Shown one piece after another: positions 46,937 to 58,655 of a stretch of DNA of 64,000 bases (positions within the stretch are counted from its first letter, which is position 1; the number at the start of each line of letters is the position of its first letter). Under the pieces are notes generated by a model that searched no databases, was not told the origin of the DNA, and saw only the letters and a list, made by a program, of their open reading frames with translations. Both the position numbers and the translations under genes were made by a program. The stretch is from Lama guanicoe (lineage: Eukaryota). The stretch lies in contig MU054338.1 in assembly GCA_013239625.1 (NCBI GenBank), forward strand, positions 2,482,977 through 2,546,976, written 5' to 3'.

Positions 46937-47068
46937 GTATGTGATCAGCAGTTTGGAGCTCCTCGTGGCAGAGGATTACATGATCGTGTACCTGAATGGT
47001 GCCACCCCCCGGCGGAGGATGCCGGGCATCGGCTGGCTGAAGAAGTGTTACCAAATGATTGATAGGAG
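46937..47068 (+). CDS. ATCAY: ATCAY exon 7 (132 nt), BCH domain
   Basis: [43 protein letters not shown](R). Acceptor caccag, donor GAG|gtgagc. Confidence 0.98.
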
Positions 47069-47117
47069 GTGAGCAGGGGGTGGGGGCGGCTGGGGGACCA
47101 ACTCCGGGTGCACGGGG

Positions 47118-47455
47118 CCCAGTTCTGGAGGCTAGAAGTCCGAGGTCAAGGTGGCTGTAGGGTTGGGTCCTTCTGGGCCCTTGAGGAGAATCTGTCCCAC
47201 GCTCTCTGCCAGCTTCTGGTGGTGCTGGCAATCTCTGCTATCCCTTGGTTTGTAGACACATCACTTGATCTCAGCTTTCATTTTCGCGTGGCCTTCTCCC
47301 TGGTGCATGCCTGTGTGCAAATGTCCCCTTGTCATAAGGACACCAGTCATAGTGAATTAGGGACTGGCCCTGCCCTACATCCCCGGGGATGAGCTCACCT
47401 TAACTAATTACTCCTACAGTGACCCTGTTCCCAAATAAGGGGATGCAATTCAACA
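47118..47455. mobile_element. MLT1-type LTR
   Basis: cagttctggaggctagaagtccgaggtcaaggtg...aaggacaccagtcatagtgaattaggg. Confidence 0.8.
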
Positions 47456-47727
47456 TGGCTCAGAACCAGGGGGCCCCAGGAACTCTTTCAGGAATGGGAG
47501 GCAGTGTGGCCAAGTAGTCAAATGCTCAGACTCTAAATTAAGAGACAGCCGGAACCTGCGAACTCTGCAAAGGGGCTTAGCTTTACCGAGGCGGCGCCTC
47601 CTCCCTGTGAACAGAGATAATCACCACAGCTACCGCTCGCGCAGAGGAGGAGACATCGGGCAGCTCCTCCCTCCCCGAGGCTTTCGCGAGGAGCCCATCT
47701 CTCTCCCTCTGCCCCCACCCCATGCAG

Positions 47728-47814
47728 ATTGCGGAAAAACCTGAAGTCCTTAATCATCGTCCACCCGTCCTGGTTCATACGCACTGTGCTGGCCATCTCC
47801 CGCCCTTTCATCAG
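47728..47814 (+). CDS. ATCAY: ATCAY exon 8 (87 nt), BCH domain
   Basis: [28 protein letters not shown](S). Acceptor atgcag, donor CAG|gtgaga. Confidence 0.98.
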
Positions 47815-48224
47815 GTGAGACTGTGACCCGCCTGGGTTTTAGCGTGTCTTTTTTTTTTAATGTGGATTTTCCAGCTCATCTATGATGAATCAATATTGTT
47901 GCTTTAAACACTTGAAAAGCATGTGCGTTGTTATTAAGCGGCTAGGCGACCAACCTCGCAGGAAAACCAGTAACACCCATCTCTCCTATACTGACGCTGG
48001 GTACCTTCTGACACTGACGACCACAGCCCTGTGAGGTGGACGGGGCCACACCCGTTCCGTGCAGGAGGAAGCTGACTCACGCAGAGGCACGCAGCAAGGG
48101 CGCTAGTCAACTAGGCACTCCCTCAGAAGGGAGCCGGCTCCATCCTCTCCGGATGCTGTGAGGAGGGGCGTTAGGGGCCACTTGCCCGGACAAATAACGC
48201 GGTGAACCGACATGTGTGCTTTGA

Positions 48225-48735
48225 GGGTGCCCGAGACCGGCCTCAGGCTCAGTGATGTACGAAGAGGACTCACAGGGCCCAGGAAGGCTGTTGTGCTCAC
48301 AGTCACAGTTTATTACAGCCAAAGGGTGAAGGGTAACACTGGCAAAGGGAAAAGGTGTGTATGAGAGCCCAGGAGACGCCGGGAGTGGCTGTGAATTGCC
48401 CTGCCCCAGACGAGTTGTGCCAGCGCCGTGATTCTCCCTGCAACGACGGGTGACCTGTAGGAAGCACTGCCCACAGGGAGGCTGACCGTGGTGTCCAGGG
48501 CTCCCACCGGTGTCCGGGGCTGAGCCACACGGGGACGGAGTGCCCACATGGCCGCCCTTAGGTCCTCAGTAACTGATATGATGGCCCAAGACCCCGCCAC
48601 GAAGCATGTCTTTAGCACAGACTATGGGCCGGGCTCAAGGCCCCAGGGACCTGGAGACGCTTACCAGGCAGGACAGCCCTAGGGCTTACAGGTGGCCGTC
48701 CCGAGTCTCAGGGGCAGGTTCTTCCTCCGGAATGT
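48225..48735. mobile_element. MER21-like LTR
   Basis: gaaggactcacaggg-like start, gctgttgtgctcacagtcacagtttattacagccaaaggg. Similar to the copy at 53520-54075. Confidence 0.65.
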
Positions 48736-50285
48736 GTTTGGCCAGCAAGCGCCGGAGAAGAGGAGCAAGGAAGACAAAAGCAGCCATGACAAATGCCCTC
48801 GTCCATCACATAGACCTGCACGTGCCTTTAATGGCATACAATTCAATACATTGAATTAAGTCAAGACCCTTCATTTCCACATTCCCAGTGAAGAGTGTGA
48901 TGAGTTTAAGAGACTGGGCCAGACTTTGCCTTGAGAAAGGCTGTACTATCACAGCACGAACGACTCGCAAGGAGGCAACTTCACATGCTCTGTGCTCCGT
49001 GATTCCTAAGAGCCCTGAAATACTAGTGCATTAGTGAAATCAGGCCTTTCATGCACTAATTATGGGCCATTTGTGCTAATGCCGACCCCACGGGGCCAAA
49101 CACACTTTAGCCTAACAGCATTGTGTTCCGTCCTGACATCCCTTAATTCAGGAACCGAGACTTGCCTTGCATGCGGACCATTCTCTCACTTTGGGTTGCT
49201 TTTCCCATGGTGAATTTTGAGGGTCTCATCCTGAGCTCTCAGAGAAATAGGAGAGAGGAGAGGAGGGAAGGAAAGCTCCCTCGTTCAAAAGATGAAGAAA
49301 GTGAAGGTAGACTCTGAGCCCTAGCCCTGAGGCCCTGAGATTGTAACTCAGGGAGAACTGTTCGTTCCACGAGCTCTGAACCTTGGGAACGTGCCTTGCC
49401 CTGGGCTGGAGTTCTCCCTCCCGAGAAAGAGCCCGGTTCACAGGCAGGCAGCGCCACCGCGCAGAGGCTGGGCGTCCGTCTCTGACAGCGGGCGCGGCCT
49501 TGCCGTGGCATCTGGTGGTGTGACTTCACCTGTGCTCGTAGCCCAGTGCCCAGGCCGCAGGCGTGCCTCTGCGCCCTGAAACAAGACCTGTCTGGCAAAG
49601 CAGGCGGCCCGCCCTCAGAGCCCCGGGCCCGACGTATTCGGGTGGAGGGCGGCAGGACTGCTGCCTGTCGGTCTGAGACGCACTGCCGTCCCTGGGCCCT
49701 TTACCTTTCTGCCGCACCTACTGGAGGGAGAACTCATGTTCCAAGAATAATTATATTTAATTAAAAAAAATTAAATTTCAGCTGCACGAAAGCAGTTGGA
49801 GTTATTCATTCAGGTGCACACGGCCGCTCTGTGACTCTCCTCAGGAACCGCCTGTCATTCCCCGATCGGTTGCCAGTGGCCTCTGCTGAGTAGCCTGTTT
49901 ATTTCCCTTATGGATGCTGTGGACTGCGTCACTCCCCCTGGGCCTCCCCTCGCACCGGATGCCAGAGAGCTTGAGCCGCATTTTTCTCTAGTCTCTGGAA
50001 ATAGACGTGAAACTTCCTGACACAGTTTTGTAGCCACATGCCTCTGTCTTACTGTTTTTGTCGTTGTCACTTGATTGTTCTATTACTTAGGGCACTAACT
50101 GTATTCTCTTGGCCTTCTAGTTCTCATCATGAGAAAAACTTGATTTGACCTGAAAAAAGTTTATTTCACATTTTACCAAAATTGGGTTAAAGGTGATTTT
50201 TAAATAATTATTTTATTTTCAAAATTACTTTGACAGGTGTTACTATTCTACTTCTTTTAAAAAAAAAAACACTTCCACTTCATTG

Positions 50286-50411
50286 CTTTTTAGGGGGAGG
50301 GATGGAGAGATCATTAGGTTTTTTTTCTTTAATGGAGGCACTGGGGATTGAACCCAGGACCTCGTGCCTGCTAAGGACGTGCTCCATCACTGAGCTATAC
50401 TCACCCCCCCC
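50286..50411 (-). mobile_element. tRNA-Ala-derived SINE
   Basis: aatggaggcactggggattgaacccaggacctcgtgcctgctaaggacgtgctccatcactgagctatac. Confidence 0.9.
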
Positions 50412-51001
50412 CAAGGTGATTAAAACAGTGATAATAATCATGAGTTCAAAGCAACATGCTGGTGATGATGACGAAGCCCCTCGTGGCAGCAGATGGGCAG
50501 AGATGGGGTCTGGGCGGGAAGGATACGTTCATCCCGAAAGAGCGGAGAGTGACTCAGCAGTCCCTCGTGCGCCTGCCTGTGCCCGGATGATTACGGCACC
50601 GTCCCGGTCGCGACGAGTCTGCCAGGAAAGCTTTCTCGGGAAGGTTAACCCGGAGGAGCAACTCCTCAGGAGGATGGAGGGACAGCCTGAGCCCACTAGC
50701 ATCTCTTCCCTCTCTGCTTCCTTTAAACCAGCTCCTCAGCTCTGCAGGGACTGGTGTGGGATGCGCGGCTCCGCACCCTCCCCTTCTTGCGAGTTCTGCT
50801 TGGGCCTGGGTTCTGCTCTGTGCCCTCCACCAGGGGCAGAGGGCAGAGGCTGGTGGGGGCCAGGAGGGAGGCTTGGGCCGAGGTGCTAGGGGCAACCCGG
50901 AATAGGGTTGCATGTGCCTCTCTGTCTGCCATCGCCCCTTCTGGCCCTGAGGAACCGCTGCGAGCTCTGGCTTTCAGCTGTCTCCCTCCTCCTCCCACCA
51001 G

Positions 51002-51100
51002 CGTCAAATTCATCAACAAGATCCAGTATGTGCACAGCTTGGAAGACCTGGAGCAGCTCATCCCCATGGAGCACGTGCAGATCCCGGACTGCGTGCTACA
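51002..51100 (+). CDS. ATCAY: ATCAY exon 9 (99 nt)
   Basis: [32 protein letters not shown](Q). Acceptor cccaccag, donor ACA|gtgagt. Confidence 0.98.
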
Positions 51101-51282
51101 GTGAGTGCCCCCGTGCTGCCTGAGAGCCCCCCGCCTCCGCCCCCGTCACCCCCAGGCTGCTTGCCTCCCAGCTGCCCCTGCTCAGCCCAACTGACCTGAG
51201 TGGGAGAGCAGAACAGAGGGAAATGCAGTGAACCAAGCACGTGTGAAATTACAGATCACGGTGGGCGGGCCATCTAGTGCAG

Positions 51283-51478
51283 GGCAGGGGCCAGCGAGCC
51301 ACAGCCCCCGGCTAATCTTTATAAATAAAATTTTACTGGCACACAGCTACACCCATCCATTTACAAACCATCCATGGCTGCTTTCGAGCTACAACAGAAT
51401 CAAGGGGTTGCTGCAGAGGCCAGCCTGCAAAACCGAAAATACTGACTCTCTGGCCCTTTACAGAAAAATGTGGCCCTG
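51283..51478. mobile_element. MER58A-like DNA transposon
   Basis: tttataaataaaattttactggcacacagctacacccatccattta...tactgactctctggccctttacagaaaaa. Confidence 0.8.
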
Positions 51479-51810
51479 ATGGAGGGGCCTGTAGACCAAC
51501 CCACGTCAACAAGGGGGAAGCTTTATAATGGCTCCGTTCAGTGCTGAGGCAGACAACGTCCGCTAAGTTGCATCTCTACCAGATGCTGGAATATGCCAAC
51601 GAAACATATTCCCTGCCCTGGGGTAGGGGGAAGTTGCAAAGCAGCTGCAGGAAACACACAAAAAAACAGCAGACTGTCGGCTCCAACTGCACTTTCTGCT
51701 CTAAAGCCTGGCATGTATTCAGATCTGACAATGAGATCGCGCTCCTGGTCCCGGGGGAAGGGGACTCCCAGGCTGCATGTGACGTGCTCTCTCCTCTGTC
51801 TCTCTTCTAG

Positions 51811-51846
51811 GTACGAAGAGGAAAGACTCAAGGCCAGGAGAGAAAG
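51811..51846 (+). CDS. ATCAY: ATCAY exon 10 (36 nt)
   Basis: YEEERLKARRE(S). Acceptor tctcttctag, donor AAG|gtttgt. Confidence 0.95.
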
Positions 51847-52579
51847 GTTTGTGCAGAGCGGCTTGGGCTGGGGCTGGGTCGGCGCTGGCGCTGAGTGGGG
51901 CCCACATCTGGGAGGAAACCAGTGGCTTTGGCTGAGCGGGGACCGAAGTCAGGTGTGCATGTGGCTCTCCAGGGCTTGAGGTCAGACCCAGGCTCGAACC
52001 CAGGCTCCCCACCCAGTCACAGGTGGCGTTAGGCAAGTGAAAAGTTCACAGCCTCCCTGAGGGTTACTGTGGGAAATTAGGAACAAGGTAACCCATGAGG
52101 CAAAACTAGCGGGCCCGCAGAGAGTCCTACTAGTCTTCACGATCGTAAGTCCTCCCCTTACGTGGGGAACACAGCTCCCTGCCCCTCGCCCACGGCAGAC
52201 CCGGAGCCGCCCGTTTGCTGCCTTGCTGGCTCAGTCTCTGAGCTACGCTGCTCCCCCTCCGAGCCTGCTGTGGACGAGCAGAGAGAGGACAGGGCCAGCA
52301 GGGCGCCTGCCGGCTGGAATCACAGGCAGGGGCGGCAGCGCATAGAGGCCTCTGCGGAGATAAACGCCCCCAAGGAATGGCCCAGCCCCCTTCCTCCCAG
52401 CTGCCTCCGTCTTCATGAACCCCTGGCCATCACTCTCTCCTTCCTCGGGGCCCCAGTGCTTCCCAGGGGCAGCCAAACCCTCTCCAGATTACTGTCAGGC
52501 CACGGTGGGCCCAGGGAGCCAAGAGCCCCTCGGCCCACTCGGCGGGCTGGTCACCCTGGTCACCCCTCTCTGTCCCCAG

Positions 52580-52648
52580 CGCGAGGCCGCAGCCTGAATA
52601 CGTCCTGCCCAAGTCTGAAGAGAAGGCCGAGGCGGCGCTGGAGGACAG
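52580..52648 (+). CDS. ATCAY: ATCAY exon 11 (69 nt)
   Basis: ARPQPEYVLPKSEEKAEAALED(R). Acceptor tgtccccag, donor CAG|gtaaat. Confidence 0.93.
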
Positions 52649-53109
52649 GTAAATAGGCAGGTGACCGGGGGACAGCTGAGCCCACCGGGGGCTGCCCAGC
52701 CCACCAGGACATCCCATAAAAGTGATCTGCTGTTATCATGATGCCGAAATAAGAACACAGGTGTGAGTCCGCCAGCACGAGGCCCACTCCGTCGAGCCAC
52801 GTTCAAGTGCATTTAGTGCATCCAGTGCTGGGTGACCAGCACTTCTCTAGTTCCGGAACAGTCCATCAGCCCAGAAGGAGGCTGTATCTACCCGTTAAGA
52901 AGTTGCTCTCATTCCCTTCTCCCTCCTTTTGAAAAACATCCTGCAACTCTCTCCTCATGACTGCCTGTTTTGGCTCACTTGTTACACAGCAGACACACAC
53001 TGATGTTTGCTTTGTGCCAGATCAGGACGAAGCCTTGCTGGGGCTCACAGCCAAAGGCCAAAGACCCACAAATAGGCGACTAACGCTGAGACTCCTTCGC
53101 TCCCCACAG

Positions 53110-53142
53110 GTCTGCGCTGGCCACAGAAGATCAGGAGACGAG
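53110..53142 (+). CDS. ATCAY: ATCAY exon 12 (33 nt)
   Basis: SALATEDQET(S). Acceptor tccccacag, donor GAG|gtgggt. Confidence 0.92.
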
Positions 53143-53519
53143 GTGGGTGGGAAGCAAGGTGGTCTTGCCGCCTTTTTTTTTTTTCATTCTATGTGGAGCC
53201 CAGGATGAGTGTGCCATGCCTTACTGTTGGTGGGGGGAGGATGCTCCACCGGGGAGGCAGGGAGACCATGGTTACCATGACAATGGGGCCTCCTCTGGGG
53301 CCAGGCAGCCAGTTTCTGCACAACTCCAGGGGGCGCCATTGACAGGAGGCCCCAGAGCAGAGCCATATGGCAGCCCTGACTGTGATGTCCACCCGGAGCC
53401 AGAGCCCCTTAAGCCCAGGATTTAACTCAGCCAAGAGGTGCATGCCTGCCCGTGGCCTGTCTCAGTGTGCCCGCCTGGTGCTGGATGCCAGGAGAAGCCT
53501 CCTTGTGGGTCCTGGAGCC

Positions 53520-54075
53520 CCCCTCAGGGTCAGTGGTTTGCCAGGAGGACACTCACAGGGTTCAGCAAAGCTGTTCTGCTCACAGTAATAGAGACCGGTG
53601 GAAGGGTGGAGAGAGACCAAAATCAGCAACAGGAAAAGTTCGTGGGCGGGGCCCAGAGAGACAGGCATGAGCTCCCAGTTGTTGTCTCCCGGGGCAGTTG
53701 GTGGGACCGCCCTTAACTCTCCTGGCAGCCAGGTGTGGCAGTGCACACCAAGTGCAGCCGACCCGGGGTGCTTACCCAAGCCCTGGCGTTCAGGATGTTT
53801 ATGGGGGCATCAGCCATATGCACGGCTGACCACCCGCATGGTTAACCTTGGTCTCTAGCGCCTCCGGAGATTGAGCTGGTCCCACATGGTCCAAGGCCCC
53901 TGCCCTAAATCACACTGTTGGCATAGACTGTCTGGCAGGACCCAAGGTCCCAAGCAAAGATGCTTTTATTAGGAAGGACAAGGACTTAGAGGTGACCTCC
54001 CAGAAGCTGGGCAAGGGCCAGATCTTCCTTTGGAATGTGCAGGGTTAATCCTTGACCACACCCTCTCCTACAAAT
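53520..54075. mobile_element. MER21-like LTR
   Basis: actcacagggttcagcaaagctgttctgctcacagt...gcatagactgtctggc...ttagaggtgacctcccagaagc...gggttaatccttgaccacac. Confidence 0.65.
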
Positions 54076-54424
54076 CTATAACATGGCCTGGCCACATGCC
54101 TTAACACTACCCACGTGGCCCAGGAAGCCCCAAGGCAAGAAATAAACATCAGAAATGGTCTTAGACAAGCAGTGTCCCAGGACACCGGGTAGAGGCAAGC
54201 TCTCGTGCATTTCCGACAAGGCCCCGTCAGTCCGTGCATCCTGGAGAAGAGCACCCGCCCACAGACACAACACACAGGGAGTCACTCACCGTGAGAACAA
54301 GCCAGAAGATACAGCGAGCAGCAGAACTAGATCCCTTCCTAGGAATCCTTGTGTGGAGATGACACAAGAAGCATGTTTAAAATGATTAAATACATTAAAA
54401 AAGGAAAGGAATGGTACAGAGCAA

Positions 54425-54880
54425 CAGATGGATAGACAGATGGACAGACAGATGGTTGGGTGGATGGGGGGCGGATGGATGGATGAATAGGTGGATGGGT
54501 GGGTGGGTGGATAAATGAATGTATAATAGATGGGTGGATGGATGGATGGAAGGTAGATGGGCAGGTAGATAGGTAGATGGGTGGATAACTGGATAGATAG
54601 ATGCGGATGAATAAGTGAATGAATGATGGATGGGTGGATGGATGGATGGTTGACTGGCTGGCTGGATGGTTGGCTGGCTGGCTGGATAGACAGATGGATG
54701 GATGGATGGGTAGGTGGATTAGTGGGTTGATGATGGGTAGGTGGATAGATGGATGGAAGGATGAATGGATGGATGAATGGGTGGACGGACAGTTGGCTGG
54801 CTGAATGGATGGTTGGCTGGCTGGCTGGATAGACGGATGGATGGAAGGATACAAAGATGGGTTGGTGAGTGGATGGGTGA
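54425..54880. repeat. Degenerate (GGAT/TGGA)n simple repeat with (GGCT)n blocks, ATCAY intron 12
   Basis: Directly visible tetranucleotide periodicity over about 450 bp. Confidence 0.97.
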
Positions 54881-55127
54881 GTTGAAGCCTCCCTTTAGTC
54901 TGATCAAGGGCTCCAGCCCTGGGGCCTGTTCTTTGGCTAGGTCCCCTTCAGAACCACACCTAGAAGGTGGGTGGCAGATGGCAGACCTTGAAGGGCAGGT
55001 GCCACTCTTGCTGCTGAGGGCACACCAAAGCCAGATTAGATCATCCTTTGGGATTCCGTGCACATGGAACATTTTCCACTTTCTTTAAAAGCGGTAATAA
55101 TAACTTGACTGTGTTTGTCCCTTCCAG

Positions 55128-55137
55128 CATGTCCTGA
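55128..55137 (+). CDS. ATCAY: ATCAY exon 13 coding part (10 nt: end of Ser, Met, Ser, stop)
   Basis: Acceptor gtttgtcccttccag then C ATG TCC TGA, giving the C-terminus ...EDQETSMS*. The coding exons total 1113 nt, or 370 aa plus stop. Confidence 0.92.
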
Positions 55138-57680
55138 GGTGATGTGAGCACAGAGGAGGACACGGAAGAAGATCCCAGATGGCAAGAAACCTGCGTCAGA
55201 TGCCCTCCGGCCTGGATCTTGTCCCCGCCTCATCCTGAGTCAGTCTCCTGGAGGTGCCCGTCTCCTTCATCTCCGAAACCCAGCATCCTTTCTAGCTGCT
55301 TGAAAACAGTTTTTTCCAAGTGATGCAGTATCAGTGCGTTCTGGAAAAGGACCCAGCTCTCAACCCTCCACCCTTCCACACTCATGTGCTCACGGCCCAG
55401 AAGAGCGAGAAGCGTTGAGCGTGGCCCATGCGTCCTTGGCAGCCTCCGAGAGCCCTCCCACTGCACAACACCCTGGCCGAGACCCTTCTCTTGCCCGTCA
55501 CCCGGCCTCGGTTGGAGCCACAGGTGCCCAACGCCTCCCTGGCTGGGTCTGGATTCCTTCTTGTGCCTTTCCTCCCAGAACGGCCCCTGCAGCCCTGGGC
55601 ATCTGGCCCGGAAGCTGCGTTTCCCACCACAGGCGGCGCCACGCCCCGGGCACCACCTGGCCTTCGAGCTTACGGCTTCTCCTTTGACCAGTCCCACTCG
55701 TCTCCTCTAACTCTCCCCTTCTTAGGGAGCAGCAGGGCCCACAGTACCAGGGAGGGCTGCTGATAATCATCCTTGCCCCACAGTTGCGAAACCGCACTCC
55801 CCTCAATCTAGAACATTCTCAAGCTCCTTGAATGCAGAGGCCACGCCACAGGGCAACCCTGATCAATACCTCCTACTGAGGAAATGAGCCTCCCCACTTC
55901 CCCGATCCCCCACCCCCAGCACAGGGCTGGGATGCATCCCTCAGGCTGCCGCCAAGAGCAGAGACTGAGAGGCCAGCTCTGAGATAAGCTCGTCTCAGAA
56001 GCGCAGACACAGGGCACTGGACATTTGACGGTTACAAAGGTCACTTGGGAAAGCAAACCCCAGTGGCCTGGATGCTGCAGCCACCCGCATTCCAAGGGGG
56101 CAGGTTTCCTTCGGACAAAAACCAGACTTCTCTAGTGTGGCCCAAACACCAGTCAGGTGGGCTCTAGAGGTAGTGAGTTCCCGGTCTCTTGAAGCATTTA
56201 AGAAAAGGCTGGAAGGTGCTTGCAGAAAGTGGTCCTCTACCATCCCCTCCAATCGTAAGAGTCTCTGTTTCCATGAATCTGAGCAGCAGTCGGGCAGGCG
56301 CATTGTCCGGCCCCTCTTCCTGGCTCTGTGGCTGGCTTCTTAGCGGGTGTCACCGAGGTTTGATTGAACCCCACCCCCGACAATTTCCCAGTAGGAGATT
56401 CTTGGCCGCAGCGGAGATGTCAAACGCTTCTCCACCTAGGACATCAGCGGGGTGCATCTGGGGTTGTCCCAGCGGCAGGGGTGGGTGGCTGGTGGGGTCA
56501 ATGCTGGGGAGGGTGTGTGCTGGGCTTCCTGCACGTCAAGGGACTGTCCCACCCCAAAGGCCGGTGGCTCCGCCTTGAAAAATGCGGGGTTTCTAAGCAG
56601 GCTTGGGCCTGCGTCTTCTGGAACCCAGCACTGCTCGCGTGGGTCTGGGGCACTTGGGGGTCTGGTGGGGTTTCTTAAAATTTGGGTTTCTGCTTTTTCT
56701 CTCAAATGTCAAAGAAAGGACAGGGACTGTGTCCTGGGCCCAGATGAGTTACCTGGAGCCTAAGGTGGAGGGGCCTCTGCAGGATGTTCTGCAGAGGGGG
56801 TATGCCCCTCCATCCTGGGGCCGCTTGTCCCCCACCCCTGCCCAGAGAGCCTCCTCTTACAAACGGTGCCTGGGCATTTGCTGGGCCGCCCCAAATCCAG
56901 GTTCAGGCAGCCGGCTCTGCTCATCCAAGATGGACGTGTGGCCCAGAAGGCCCCAAACTCCCACCCCCAGTGGATGCAGTAACTTCTGGAAGGCCGGTGT
57001 CTCACTGAAAGTGCAAAAGGAGCCAGGAACAGACACATTCTACCCAACTCGACAATTGCTGGGCGCCTGCAGACGACAGAGGGTGGAAGCTACAGACCCT
57101 CCTGCCCTCAAGGAGCCTGCAGCCTGAAGGTTCCGGCCCCACAAGAAACTCCAACATGGACCCCTGGCTCACCGCGGCCCACCCACCGTCACTCCGGACC
57201 ACCAGCAGCCACAGACAATGGGTAGGTGGAACCAAGGACCCCCAGCTCTGTCACAGCAGCCCCTCCAGAAAAGAGACCCCTGGGGAGGCCGTCTCCAGGC
57301 CGGCCACCTGTCCGCAGGTGTGTGAAGTTTCCAGGCACAGCTCCGGCCAGACAGGGCCGCCGTGTCCCGGCGGGCTGCTGCCCACACCCTCGGAAATTGG
57401 CTTTGTGGTAGATTTGTATCTTCGGGGCACTTCTGGCCAAAATGGAACGGACGTCGAGCCCTCCTTGTAAAGGGACGTTGGGTTTTCCTCTTGTGACACG
57501 TGGGATGCGCCATAAGTCCTCCCTCAGAGTCGTAGTTCACACGCCCATCCTTCCGATGGCACGTTTTGCGGTTTTTAAAAACAAAAATGATTCGTTATGA
57601 TTACTGTCGTGATGTGAAGACATCATTTCCATGAGCTTTGGGGGGTTTTTATGTGAAATAAACTATAAGTGAGAGGGGAG
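55138..57680 (+). other. ATCAY: ATCAY 3'UTR (about 2.5 kb; end approximate)
   Basis: Follows the stop codon, is repeat-poor and ends in an AT-rich segment with AATAAA. Confidence 0.75.
57657..57662 (+). terminator. ATCAY polyadenylation signal
   Basis: AATAAA followed about 20-35 nt later by GT/T-rich gtgtgtgacttttgt. Confidence 0.8.
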
Positions 57681-57989
57681 GTGTGTGACTTTTGTCCAAG
57701 TCCAAAGGGATGTGGCGCGGGTCTCAGGCGTGTGCAGAGGCAGGAGATTTCACAGGCCAGGAGGGGCACGGCTCAACGCCGAGCGACCTTGGGCGACCTT
57801 GAGCCATGGCCTGTCTCCCCTTGCTTCTGTCTCCCCCCTGCAGAATGGGAGCCCTGGTTGGGTTCTTCCAAAAGCCCCTTCCAGCTCTGCCTCTGTGTGA
57901 CTCAAGTTCCCTTCCTGCCCCACCACTCTCTCTAGAACCAAACTTAGTTGACAGCTAATAACACTCATTACTATTATTAAGCAATTCTC

Positions 57990-58655
57990 CAATTCCCGGC
58001 AGACGCCAGTGGGGTGTCCCAGCATTTAGCTTAGCCTGACACCACCGGTTGGGGTTGACCTGACGGGACTGTCCCCACTTCAGACACCAGGCAATCACAG
58101 GTATTAGCGCAGGATACACCTCAGCAACAGTCAGCAACAGTCAGCTGGAAGAGCTGCCCAGGGCAAGGCGTGGGGGCAAGAGGCAGAGCTTGCACGGCCC
58201 CTCTGGGCACGGCCTCCCCAGCACCTCCCTGCGTCCACCCACCCGAAAGCTCTTCAGAAATCACTTAGGGATTTTTATGGAGACGCCACCACGCAGGCAC
58301 GATTGATTAAAGCCCCAGCCACTGGGGCTTAACTCAACCTCCAGCCCCGCTCCCCTCCCTGGAGGCCTAGGACAGCCCACAGTCGGTGGGTTCCCCTGGC
58401 CACCAGCCCTCGTCCTGTGGTCACAGGGCCTTCCCAAACGTCACCTCATAGGTGCAGTTGAAAGGGCTTGCTATGGACAGCGAAGGGTGCTTCTTTCATC
58501 TTTTCTGGAGCTGTTTCAGGAAACAGGACAAAGACCGAATATCGTAACAAAAGATGCTCTGTCTGCTCACTTAGGCAATGACAAGGGTTTTAGGAGCCAT
58601 GTGCTGAGAACTTGGACTAAAACCAAAGACACGTTTCTTATTGTAAATTGCCGTA
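57990..58655. mobile_element. MER21-like LTR
   Basis: gattgattaaagcc...aactcaacctccagccccgctcccctccctggagg...ggttcccctggccaccagccc...aagggttttaggagc. Confidence 0.7.

Noticed and set aside
54339..55088. HPSI/MDGW-rich ORFs and a regularly repeated array
   Set aside because: Translation of a (GGAT)n simple repeat. There is no repeat-spacer structure, so it is neither CRISPR-like nor coding.
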